From assembly GCF_902652985.1 (NCBI RefSeq), contig NC_047019.1, forward strand, positions 47,058,001-47,122,000: a stretch of DNA of 64,000 bases, written 5' to 3'. Position numbers and translations under genes: made by a program. The notes beneath the pieces were generated by a model that was given only the letters and a program-made list of their open reading frames with translations, searched no databases and had not been told where the DNA came from. This DNA is from Pecten maximus. Its lineage: Eukaryota. Below, in pieces: positions 1 through 11,611 of this stretch (its first letter is position 1; each line of letters begins with the position of its first letter).

Positions 1-24
1 ATCTGGTAAGTATACACCGGTACA

Positions 25-335
25 TGTATCTATATCTCTATATTAATACGTCGTAATATCCATTTCTGGAGAGCGAGAGAGTTGGAGGGACTATCTGAAA
101 GTCTCCAATGATGGGGAACACACTATTTCATCATCAAGGTGGTTCCGGTCTTTATCTGTCCGTACAAAGAATGACTTGTTGTATTGGTCACAGTTGTGTG
201 CTGGTATTGTAAGTGGTTTTGAATTTTTGTGTTACATGTTTTCCACTGTGACAGAAGTGATGCAGTTTTCGAAATACTAAGCTATCCTTCTGTTTGGTCA
301 TTGTCTTGTTACGTATTCGTCTAGGAGTGTAGATG
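25..335 (-). pseudogene. 3' end of a decayed CR1/L2-type LINE (ORF2 C-terminus and tail)
   Basis: Minus-strand translation gives ...IPAHNCDQYNKSFFVRTDKDRNHL, matching the recalled ORF2 terminal motif Y..SFF.RT..DWN.L. Stops are present, and a short TAGAT-like tail follows. Confidence 0.8.
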
Positions 336-3017
336 TTAAAGTTCACTAGTGGTGTGGATGTTGAAGTTCACTAGGGGTGTGGATAGTTAAAGTTCACTAG
401 GGGCGTAAAGTTCACTAGGGGTGTGGATGTTGAAGTTCACTAGGGGCGTAAAGTTCACTAGGTGTGTGGATGTAAAAGTTCACTAGGGGTGTGGATGTAA
501 AAGTTCACTAGGTGTGTGGATGTTAAAGTTCACTAGGGGTGTGGATATTAAAGTTCACTAGGTGTGTGGATGTTAAAGTTCACTAGGGGCGTAAAGTTCA
601 CTAGGTGTGTGGATGTTGAAGTTCACTAGGGGCGTAAAGTTCACTAGGGTTGTGGATGTTAAAGTTCACTAGGGGCGTAAAGTTCACTAGGTGTGTGGAT
701 GTTAAAGTTCACTAGGGGCGTAAAGTTCACTAGGTGTGTGGATGTTAAAGTTCACTAGAGGTGTGGATATTAAAGTTCACTAGGTGTGTGGATGTTAAAA
801 TTCACTAGGGGCGTAAAGTTCACTAGGTGTGTGGATGTTGAAGTTCACTAGGGGCGTAAAGTTCACTAGGGTTGTGGATGTTTAAGTTCACTAGGGGCGT
901 AAAGTTCACTAGGTGTGTGGATGTTGAAGTTCACTAGGGGCGTAAAGTTCACTAGGGTTGTGGATGTTGAAGTTCACTAGGGGCGTAAAGTTCACTAGGT
1001 GTGTGGATGTTAAAGTTCACTAGAGGTGTGGATATTAAAGTTCACTAGGTGTGTGGATGTTAAAGTTCACTAGGGGCGTAAAGTTCACTAGGTGTGTGGA
1101 TGTTGAAGTTCACTAGGGGCGTAAAGTTCACTAGGGTTGTGGATGTTAAAGTTCACTAGGGGCGTAAAGTTCACTAGGTGTGTGGATGTTAAAGTTCACT
1201 AGGGGCGTAAAGTTCACTAGGTGTGTGGATGTTAAAGTTCACTAGGGGTGTGGATATTAAAGTTCAATAGCTGTGTTGATGTTAAGTTCACTAGGGGCGT
1301 AAAGTTCACTAGGTGTGTGGATGTTGAAGTTCACTAGGGGCGTAAAATTCACTAGAGGTGTGGATGTTAAAGTTCACTAGTGGTGTGGATGTTAAAGTTC
1401 ACTAGGAGTGTGGATATTAAAGTTCACTAGGTGTGTGGATGTTAAAGTTCACTAGGTGTGTGGATGTAAAAGTTCACTAGGGGTGTGGATGTTAAAGTTC
1501 ACTAGGAGTGGGATATTAAAGTTCACTAGGTGTGTGGATGTTAAAGTTCACTAGGTGTGTGGATGTAAAAGTTCACTAGGGGTGTGGATGTTAAAGTTCA
1601 CTAGGCGTGTGGATGTTAAAGTTCACTAGGGGTGTGGATGTTAAAGTTCACTAGGGGTGTCGATGCTAAAGTTCACTAAGGGTGTGGATGTTAAAGTTCA
1701 CTAGTGGTGTGGATGTTAAAGTTCACTGGGGGTGTGGATGTTAAAGTTCACTAGGTGTGTGGATGTTAAAGTTCACTAGGAGTGTGGATGTTAAAGTTCA
1801 CTAGGGGTGTGGATGTTAAAGTTCACTAGGGGTGTCGGTGCTAAAGTTCACTAAGGGTGTGGATGTTAAAGTTCACTAGTGGTGTGGATGTTAAAGTTCA
1901 CTGGGGGTGTGGATGTTAAAGTTCACTAGGTGTGTGGATGTTAAAGTTCACTAGGAGTGTGGATGTTAAAGTTCACTAGGGGTGTGGATGTTAAAGTTCA
2001 CTAGGGGTGTGGATGCTAAAGTTCACTAGGTGTGTGGATGTAAAAGTTCACTAGGGGTGTGGATGTTAAAGTTCACTGGGGGTGTGGATGTTAAAGTTCA
2101 CTAGGTGTGTGGATGTTAAAGTTCACTAGGGGTGTGGATGTTAAAGTTCACTGGGGGTGTGGATGTTAAAGTTCACTAGGTGTGTGGATGTTAAAGTTCA
2201 CTAGGAGTGTGGATGTTAAAGTTCATTAGGGTGTGGATGTTAAAGTTCAGTAGGGGTGTGGATGCTAAAGTTCACTAGGGGTGTAGATGTTAAAGTTCAC
2301 TAGGAGTGTGGATGTTAAAGTTCACTAGGGGTGTGGATGTTAAAGTTCACTAGGTGTGTGGATGTTAAAGTTCACTAGGGGTGTGGATGTTAAAGTTCAC
2401 TGGGGGTGTGGATGTTAAAGTTCACTGGGGGTGTGGATGTTAAAGTTCACTAGGTGTGTGGATGTTAAAGTTCACTAGGAGTGTGGATGTTAAAGTTCAT
2501 TAGGGTGTGGATGTTAAAGTTCAGTAGGGGTGTGGATGTTAAAGTTCACTAGGGGTGTGGATGTTAAAGTTCACTAGGGGTGTGGATGCTAAAGTTCACT
2601 AGGGGTGTAGATGTTAAAGTTCACTAGGAGTGTGGATGTTAAAGTTCACTAGGGGTGTGGATGTTAAAGTTCACTAGGGGTGTGGATGTTAAAGTTCACT
2701 AGGAGTGTGGATGTTAAAGTTTACTAGGGGTGTGGATGTTAAAGTTCACTAGGAGTGTGGATGTTAAAGTTCACTAGGGGTGTGGATGTTAAAGTTCACT
2801 AGGTGTGTGGATGTTAAAGTTCACTAAGGGTGTGGATGTTAAAGTTCACTAGGGGTGTGGATGTTAAAGTTCACTAAGGGTGTGGATGTTAAAGTTCACT
2901 AGGGTGTGGATGTTAAAGTTCACTAGGGGTGTGGATGTTAAAGTTCACTAGGGGTGTGGATGTTAAAGTTTACTAGGGGTGTGGATGTTAAAGTTCACTA
3001 GGGGTGTGGATGTTCAC
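336..3017. repeat. Minisatellite, 25-bp unit AAAGTTCACTAGGGGTGTGGATGTT, alternating with an 18-bp variant AAAGTTCACTAGGGGCGT over ~390-1350
   Basis: Tandem periodicity read directly. Confidence 0.97.
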
Positions 3018-3618
3018 TCTCTTTGTTTTTGCACGTTTCACGTCCTCTCTAGCGTCGGCGTGACGCATCCTTCCTCTCTGGTTCTATAACTATTGGTGAT
3101 AAATCTGACTGTCAGTCGCTGAAATCTTTCTGTTTTTGGTGTATGGGTCCCAAACTATGGCGTCGTACCCGAGGATGCATCGTACCAGGGATATATATGT
3201 GCTGTTTTCTTTCCTTTTTTTCCTCACAATGATGAGCAGATTATCAGGTTTCTGTCCTTGTTGTACTCCAGAATCCAACGAGAGGCTTCTCGCGATGAGT
3301 ATCCTTTGACGCTGTTTCAAGAAGGTAGAGAGCCATTTGTGTAGAGTTCCTTTAAATGCCGTATTGTTCTAGCTTGTGTAGGAGGTTTGGGTGCAGGGAC
3401 AGTATCAAACGCCTTGGAGAAGTCGGGGATTCTTTATATTGTTAGATATCAGGAGATCGTCCATTGTGACTGCAATTTTTTTTCACAGGAAAATCCCGAT
3501 CGAAATTCGTGGTTTACAGATATCAATGTGTCTTTTTTTCCAGATGTTTCAACGTGTGCTTACACATAATGTGTTCTAACAGTTTGTATTGTACAGATGT
3601 TATTGATATTGGTCTGTA
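3018..3618 (-). pseudogene. Decayed CR1/L2-type LINE reverse transcriptase region, same element as 25-335
   Basis: Minus-strand frames give YRPISITSVQYKLLEHIMC, HEFRSGFSCE, DFSKAFDTVP, LLHKLEQYGI, SGVQQG (= SGVPQG) and YISLVRCILGYDAIVWDPYTK. Frameshifted; the FADD core between SGVQQG and SLVR is missing. Confidence 0.88.
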
Positions 3619-3684
3619 GGTCCCTGTAGGTCCCTGTAGGTCCCTGTAGTTCCCTGTAGTTCCCTGTAGTTCCCTGTAGGTCCT
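3612..3684. repeat. 10-bp tandem repeat (G/T)TCCCTGTAG running into the assembly gap
   Basis: Read directly. Confidence 0.9.
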
Positions 3685-4184
3685 NNNNNNNNNNNNNNNN
3701 NNNNNNNNNNNNNNNNNNNNNNNNNNNNNNNNNNNNNNNNNNNNNNNNNNNNNNNNNNNNNNNNNNNNNNNNNNNNNNNNNNNNNNNNNNNNNNNNNNNN
3801 NNNNNNNNNNNNNNNNNNNNNNNNNNNNNNNNNNNNNNNNNNNNNNNNNNNNNNNNNNNNNNNNNNNNNNNNNNNNNNNNNNNNNNNNNNNNNNNNNNNN
3901 NNNNNNNNNNNNNNNNNNNNNNNNNNNNNNNNNNNNNNNNNNNNNNNNNNNNNNNNNNNNNNNNNNNNNNNNNNNNNNNNNNNNNNNNNNNNNNNNNNNN
4001 NNNNNNNNNNNNNNNNNNNNNNNNNNNNNNNNNNNNNNNNNNNNNNNNNNNNNNNNNNNNNNNNNNNNNNNNNNNNNNNNNNNNNNNNNNNNNNNNNNNN
4101 NNNNNNNNNNNNNNNNNNNNNNNNNNNNNNNNNNNNNNNNNNNNNNNNNNNNNNNNNNNNNNNNNNNNNNNNNNNNNNNNNNNN
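3685..4184. other. Assembly gap (500 N)
   Basis: Run of N; the round length suggests a scaffolding placeholder. Confidence 0.99.
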
Positions 4185-4500
4185 AGGTCAGAGATCTGTG
4201 TAATGTGTTTTAGGTAGTATAAAATCAGTTTATTTGTGTCTGATAAAAGACTGATGGTGAAAGAAATGACAATAACAAGAAATTGATCTGTACTGGATGT
4301 AAGCCAAGCTTGTGTCGTTTTTTCACAGCAAAGTGAAACCAAGTCATCTATAAAACAAGAGTTTTTAAGGGAGATAATGGCACATGGCAATATGACAAAG
4401 CTGCATATCAAAGGCCGACTTACTTTTTTTACAGAAGTGCGTATCTCACACATAATCTCAGTGTTATGTGATCCAGTGGCCCTTTAGTATAGCCATCACC

Positions 4501-4670
4501 ATTGGCTGATGTCCTTGGAGGTTAGTTATATGTGACACAACAGTTGCTGTTAAGTACACATCCTGTCATTGGCTGGTGTCCCCAGAGACCCTCTCAACCA
4601 ATCATTGGCAGCCTACCAGCATCACATGATTTCCTTTGTATTTTGCCAACATGTCTATTGGCTCTATAAA
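4501..4670 (+). promoter_or_regulatory. Candidate promoter: five CCAAT/ATTGG boxes followed by TATAAA
   Basis: ATTGGCTG at 4501 and 4568, CCAAT at 4598, ATTGG at 4604 and 4657, TATAAA at 4665. Motifs only. Confidence 0.3.
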
Positions 4671-4732
4671 CAAACTGCTGAAACAGTTCTTAATGTAACA
4701 CACAGGGAAACGTTTCCCTCCATGGATGTCAA

Positions 4733-5350
4733 CACAGGGACATGTTTTCTGCTCCATGGAGGTCCTCACAGGGACATGTTTTCTGCTCCATAGAGGTCCT
4801 CACAGGGACATGTTTTCTGCTCCATGGAGGTCCTCACAGGGACATGTTTTCTGCTCCATGGAGGTCCTCACAGGGACATGTTTTCTGCTCCATGGAGGTC
4901 CTCACAGGGACATGTTTTCTCCTCCATGGAGGTCCTCACAGGGACATGTTTTCTCCTCCATGGAGGTCCTCACAGGGACATGTTTTCTCCTCCATGGAGG
5001 TCCACACAGGGACATGTTTTCTCCTTTATGGAGGTCCACACAGGGACATGTTTTCTGCTCCATGGAGGTCCACGCAGGGACATGTTTTCTGCTCCATGGA
5101 GGTCCACACAGGGACATGTTTTCTGCTCCATGGAGGTCCATACAGGGACATGTTTTCTGCTCCATGGAGGTCCATACAGGGACATGTTTTCTGCTCCATG
5201 GAGGCCCTCACAGGGACATGTTTTCTGCTCCATGGAGGTCCTCACAGGGACATGTTTTCTCCTCCATAGAGGTGCACACAGGGACATGTTTTCTGCTCCA
5301 TGGAGGTCCTCACAGGAACATGTTTTCTGCTCCATGGAGGTCCATACAGG
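4733..5350. repeat. Minisatellite, 34-bp unit CACAGGGACATGTTTTCTGCTCCATGGAGGTCCT
   Basis: Read directly. Confidence 0.96.
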
Positions 5351-6106
5351 GACACTGTTCTCCCATTATCAGGGTACACACAGAGACACTGTTCCCCATT
5401 ATCAGGGTCCACACAGAGACACTGTTCTCCCATTATCAGGATCCACACAGAGACACTGTTCTCCCATTATTAGGGTCCACACATAGACACTGTTCCCCAT
5501 TATCAGGGTCCACACAGAGACACTGTTCTCCCATTATCAGGGTCCACACAGAGACACTGTTCTCCCATTATCAGGGTCCACACAGAGACACTGTTCTCCC
5601 ATTATCAGGGTCCACACAGAGACACTGTTCTCCCATTATCAGGGTCCACACAGAGACACTGTTCCCCATTATCAGGGTCCACACAGAGACACTGTTCTCC
5701 CATTATCAGGGTCCACACAGAGACACTGTTCCCCATTATCAGGGTCCACACAGAGACACTGTTCTCCCATTATCAGGGTCCACACAGAGACACTGTTCCT
5801 TCATTATCAGGGTCCACACAGAGACACTGTTCTCCCATTATCAGGGTCCACACAGAGACACTGTTCTCCCATTATCAGGGTCCACAGAGACACTGTTCCC
5901 CATTATCAGGGTCCACACAGAGACACTGTTCTCCCATTATCAGGGTCCACACAGAGACACTGTTCCCCATTATCAGGGTCCACACAGAGACACTGTTCCC
6001 CATTATCAGGGTCCACAGAGACACTGTTCCCCATTATCAGGGTCCACACAGAGACACTGTTCTCCCATTATCAGGGTCCACACAGAGACACTGTTCTCCC
6101 TTTATC
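5351..6106. repeat. Minisatellite, 34/32-bp unit GACACTGTTCTCCCATTATCAGGGTCCACACAGA
   Basis: Read directly; abuts the previous array. Confidence 0.96.
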
Positions 6107-6660
6107 AAAGCCTCCCCTTACAGTTATAAATTCAGCACACTAATTACTACTTGGATTGAAGTACCCTATTGGCTATTATGGCCAAAGGTAATCATTTTTC
6201 TTAATAACACTACAATATCCAGAAGGTTAAATTGATATTCAGGGAAAAAAGAGGCATGAGTTAAGTTTGAATCAAGATTATGATAGAAGGGTTTGGAATT
6301 ATTTAGTGATCAGTGATAGTTTGGTGCTTTAAGTTACGGAGTTGATTAACATTAAACCAGTAATTACAGTTTTCCTCGTTATTAAACTAGCAGTTTTCCC
6401 TCGCCGTGATGACCTTCAGGCTGCTTCCATACAATTAGCTAACAATCAATAACACAAGTTTTGTTTCATATGACACTAATTTCATATGATATTCTTTATC
6501 CTAATCAAATTTTCTTAATTATTTGTTTAAGTCTTGATTCTTTCTATACAGCACTAATACTAAGTCAGGCTTTTTTGTGACAATTACACACATACGCCTC
6601 CAATCTTCATGTTGATGATCCAGATGAAAATCACAGGAGAGAATATCCAGTCTGAGACCT

Positions 6661-7810
6661 TAGCTAGAATAAGGCTTGTATCTCAAGGGGAGACAACTAG
6701 AATAAGGCTTGTATCTCAAGGGGGAGACAGCAGGGGGAGACCGCTAGAATAAGGCTTGTATCTCAAGGGGAGACAGCTAGAATAAGGCTTGTATCTCAAG
6801 GGGGAGACCGCTAGAATAAGGCTTGTATCTCAAGGGGGAGACAGCTAGAATAAGGCTTGTATCTCAAGGGAAGACAGTTAGAATAAGTCTTGTATCTCAA
6901 GGGGGAGACAGCTAGAATAAGGCTTGTATCTCAAGGGGGAGACAGCTAGAATAAGGCTTGTATCTCAAGGGGGAGATAGCAGGGGGAGACAGCTAGAATA
7001 AGGCTTGTATCTCAAGGGGAGACAGCTAGAATAAGGCTTGTATCTGAAGGGGGAGATAGCAGGGGGAGACAGCTAGAATAAGGCTTGTATCTCAAGGGGG
7101 AGACAGCAGGGGAAGACAGCTAGAATAAGGCTTGTATCTCAAGGGGAGACAGCTAGAATAAGGCTTGTATCTCAAGGGGGAGACAGCTAGAATAAGGCTT
7201 GTATCTCAAGGGGGAGATAGCAGGGGGAGACAGCTAGAATAAGGCTTGTATCTCAAGGGGAGACAGCTAGAATAAGGCTTGTATCTGAAGGGGGAGATAG
7301 CAGGGGGAGACAGCTAGAATAAGGCTTGTATCTCAAGGGGGAGACAGCAGGGGAAGACAGCTAGAATAAGGCTTGTATCTCAAGGGGAGACAGCTAGAAT
7401 AAGGCTTGTATCTCAAGGGGGAGACAGCAGGGGAAGACAGCTAGAATAAGGCTTGTATCTCAAGGGGAGACAGCTAGCGTAAGGCTTGTATTTCAATGGG
7501 GAGACAGCTAGAATAAGGCTTGTATCTCAATGGGGAGACAGCTAGAATAAGGCTTGTATCTCAAGGGGGAGACAGCTAGAATAAGGCTTGTATCTCAAGG
7601 GGGAAACCGCTAGAATAAGGCTTGTATCTCAAGGGGGTGACAGCTGGAATAAGGCTTGTATCTCAAGGGGGAGACCGCTGGAATAAGGCTTGTATCTCAA
7701 GGGGAGACAGCTAGAATAAGGCTGGTATCTCAAGGGGGAGACAGCTAGAATAAGGCTTGTATCTCAAGTGGGAGACAGTTAGAATAAGGCTTGTATCTCA
7801 AGGGGGAGAC
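6661..7810. repeat. Minisatellite, ~33-34-bp unit GAGACAGCTAGAATAAGGCTTGTATCTCAAGGG(G), with longer variants
   Basis: Read directly. Confidence 0.96.
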
Positions 7811-7903
7811 GAAGGGTTGGTGTTAGGATCTGTATTTGATGCATTTGTCCAAAACTTGTATTGCTTTGGTGTTCAAGGATAGTATGGAGAGCTTGTGTAG
7901 TAT

Positions 7904-10900
7904 GGACTTGTTTCTGGGTCAGTGTATTAAAGTTTAACACAGGACTTGTTTCTGGGTCGGTGTATTAAAGTGTAACACAGGACTTGTTTCTGGGTCAGTG
8001 TATTAAAGTGTAACACAAGACTTGTTTCTGGGTCAGTGTATTAAAGTGTAACACAGGACTTGTTTCTGGGTCAGTGTATTAAAGTGTAACACAGGACTTG
8101 TTTCTGGGTCAGTGTATTAAAGTGTAACACAGAACTTGTTTCTGGGTCAGTGTATTAAATTGTAACACAGGACTTGTTTCTGGGTCAGTGTATTAAAGTG
8201 TAACACAGGACTTGTTTCTGGGTCAGTGTATTAAAGTGTAACACAGGACTTGTTTCTGGGTCAGTGTATTAAAGTGTAACACAGGACTTGTTTCTGGGTC
8301 AGTGTATTGAAGTGTAACACAGGACTTGTTTCTGGGTGATCACTGTATTAAAGTGTAACACAGGACTTGTTTCTGGGTCAGTGTATTAAAGTGTAACACA
8401 GACTTGTTTCTGGGTCAGTGTATTAAAGTGTAACACAGGACTTGTTTCTGGGTTACTGTATTAAAGTGTAACACAGGACTTGTTTCTGAGTCAGTGTATT
8501 AAAGTGTAACACAGGACTTGTTTCTGGGTCAGTGTATTAAAGTGTAACACAGGACTTGTTTCTGGGTTACTGTATTAAAGTGTAACACAGGACTTGTTTC
8601 TGAGTCAGTGTATTAAAGTGTAACACAGGACTTGTTTCTGGGTTACTGTATTAAAGTGTAACACAGGACTTGTTTCTGGGTCAGTGTATTAAAGTGTAAC
8701 ACAGGACTTGTTTCTGGGTCAGTGTATTAAAGTGTAACACAGGACTTGTTTCTGGGTCGGTGTATTAAAGTGTAACACAGGACTTGTTTCTGGGTCAGTG
8801 TATTAAAGTGTAACACAGGACTTGTTTCTGGGTCAGTGTATTGAAGTGTAACACAGAACTTGTTTCTGGGTCAGTGTATTAAAGTGTAACACAGGACTTG
8901 TTTCTGGGTCAGTGTATTAAAGTGTAACACAGGACTTGTTTCTGGGTCAGCGTATTAAAGTGTAACAAAGGACTTGTTTCTGGGTCAGTGTATTAAAGTG
9001 TAACACAGGACTTGTTTCTGGGTCAGTGTATTAAAGTTTAACAAAGGACTTGTTTCCGGGTCAGTGTATTAAAGTGCAACACAGACTTTTTTCTGGGTCA
9101 GTGTATTAAAGTGTAAGACAGGACTTGTTTCTGGGTCAGTGTATTAAAGTGTAACACAGGACTTGTTTCTGGGTCAGTGTATTAAAGTTTAACACAGGAC
9201 TTGTTTCTGGGTCAGTGTATTAAAGTGTAAGACAGGACTTGTTTCTGGGTCAGTGTATTAAAGTGTAACACAGGACTTGTTTCTGGGTCAGTGTATTAAA
9301 GTTTAACAAAGGACTTGTTTCTGGGTCAGTGTATTAAAGTGTAACACAGGACTTGTTTCTGGGTCAGTGTATTAAAGTGTAACACAGAACTTGTTTCTGG
9401 GTCAGTGTATTAAAGTGTAACACAGGACTTGTTTCTGGGTCAGTGTATTAAAGTGTAACACAGGACTTGTTTCTGGGTCAGTGTATTAAAGTGTAACACA
9501 GGACTTGTTTCTGGGTCAGTGTATTAAAGTGTAACACAGGACTTGTTTCTGGGTCGGTGTATTAAAGTGTAACACAGGACTTGTTTCTGGGTGATAACTG
9601 TATTAAATTTTAACACAGGACTTGTTTCTGGGTCAGTGTATTAAAGTGTAACACAGGACTTGTTTCTGGGTCAGTGTATTAAAGTGTAACACAGGACTTG
9701 TTTCTGGGTGATCACTGTATTAAAGTGTAACACAGGACTTGTTTCTGGGTCAGTGTATTAAAGTGTAACACAGGACTTGTTTCTGGGTCAGTGTATTAAA
9801 GTGTAAGACAGGACTTGTTTCTGGGTCAGTGTATTAAAGTGTAACACAGGACTTGTTTCTGGGTCAGTGTATTAAAGTGTAACACAGGACTTGTTTCTGG
9901 GTCAGTGTATTAAAGTTTAACACAGGACTTGTTTCTGGGTCAGTGTATTAAAGTGTAAGACAGGACTTGTTTCTGGGTCAGTGTATTAAAGTGTAACACA
10001 GGACTTGTTTCTGGGTCAGTGTATTAAAGTTTAACAAAGGACTTGTTTCTGGGTCAGTGTATTAAAGTGTAACACAGGACTTGTTTCTGGGTCAGTGTAT
10101 TAAAGTGTAACACAGAACTTGTTTCTGGGTCAGTGTATTAAAGTGTAACACAGGACTTGTTTCTGGGTCAGTGTATTAAAGTGTAAGACAGGACTTGTTT
10201 CTGGGTCAGTGTATTAAAGTGTAACACAGGACTTGTTTCTGGGTCAGTGTATTAAAGTGTAACACAGGACTTGTTTCTGGGTCGGTGTATTAAAGTGTAA
10301 CACAGGACTTGTTTCTGGGTGATAACTGTATTAAATTTTAACACAGGACTTGTTTCTGGGTCAGTGTATTAAAGTGTAACACAGGACTTGTTTCTGGGTC
10401 AGTGTATTAAAGTGTAACACAGGACTTGTTTCTGGGTGATCACTGTATTAAAGTGTAACACAGGACTTGTTTCTGGGTCAGTGTATTAAAGTGTAACACA
10501 GGACTTGTTTCTGGGTCAGTGTATTAAAGTGTAAGACAGGACTTGTTTCTGGGTCAGTGTATTAAATTGTAACACAGGACTTGTTTCTGGGTCAGTGTAT
10601 TAAAGTGTAACACGGGACTTGTTTCTGGGTCAGTGTATTAAAGTGTAACACAGGACTTGTTTCTGGGTCAGTGTATTAAAGTGTAACACAGGACTTGTTT
10701 CTGGGTCAGTGTATTAAAGTTTAACACTGGACTTGTTTCTGGGTCAGTGTATTAAAGTGTAACACAGGACTTGTTTCTGGGTCAGTGTATTTAAGTGTAA
10801 CACAGGACTTGTTTCTGGGTCAGTGTATTAAAGTGTAACACAGGACTTGTTTCTGGGTCAGTGTATTAAAGTGTAACACAGGACTTGTTTCTGGGTCAGT

Positions 10901-11316
10901 GTATTAAAATGTAACACAGGACTTGTTTCTGGGTCAGTGTATTAAAGTGTAAGACAGGACTTGTTTCTGGGTCAGTGTATTAAATTGTAACACAGGACTT
11001 GTTTCTGGGTCAGTGTATTAAAGTGTAACACGGGACTTGTTTCTGGGTCAGTGTATTAAAGTGTAACACAGGACTTGTTTCTGGGTCAGTGTATTAAAGT
11101 GTAACACAGGACTTGTTTCTGGGTCAGTGTATTAAATTTTAACACAGGACTTGTTTCTGGGTCAGTGTATTAAAGTGTAACACAGGACTTGTTTCTGGGT
11201 CAGTGTATTAAAGTGTAACACAGGACTTGTTTCTGGGTCAGTGGATTAAAGTGTAACACAGGATTTGTTTCTGGGTCAGTGTATTAAAGTGTAACACAGG
11301 ACTTGTTTCTGGGTCG
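7904..11316. repeat. Minisatellite, 38-bp unit ACAGGACTTGTTTCTGGGTCAGTGTATTAAAGTGTAAC
   Basis: Read directly. Confidence 0.98.
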
Positions 11317-11611
11317 GAAGGATGGTTTGCTGGGAAGGATTGTACGCAATGTACTTGCTTAAAATCATTGATCTGGCTGTGAGGTGGAGTAGCACAGGAG
11401 TGACAGGGGAATATTACAGCTCGGTGTTATTAGCACTAATCCTAGGTAACACTATTTCCTTGGTCGTTTTACCATAACTGAATTAACATGAAATGGAGGT
11501 CGATTGTAGTTATTTGATTAACTGGAGGTAAAGGACATTACTAGTGAGGATTGACGAGGCAACTATGGTATACAGGAGAGAAGGGAGGACCAAATAATTG
11601 GGGAGGTCAAA

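Noticed and set aside
336-3017. CTAGGG motif suggesting telomeric repeat
   Set aside because: Part of a 25-bp unit inside a LINE; no (TTAGGG)n run.
3560-4453. 297-aa ORF
   Set aside because: Spans the 500-N gap.
4726-6129. 467-aa and overlapping ORFs
   Set aside because: 34-bp repeat translations open in several frames.
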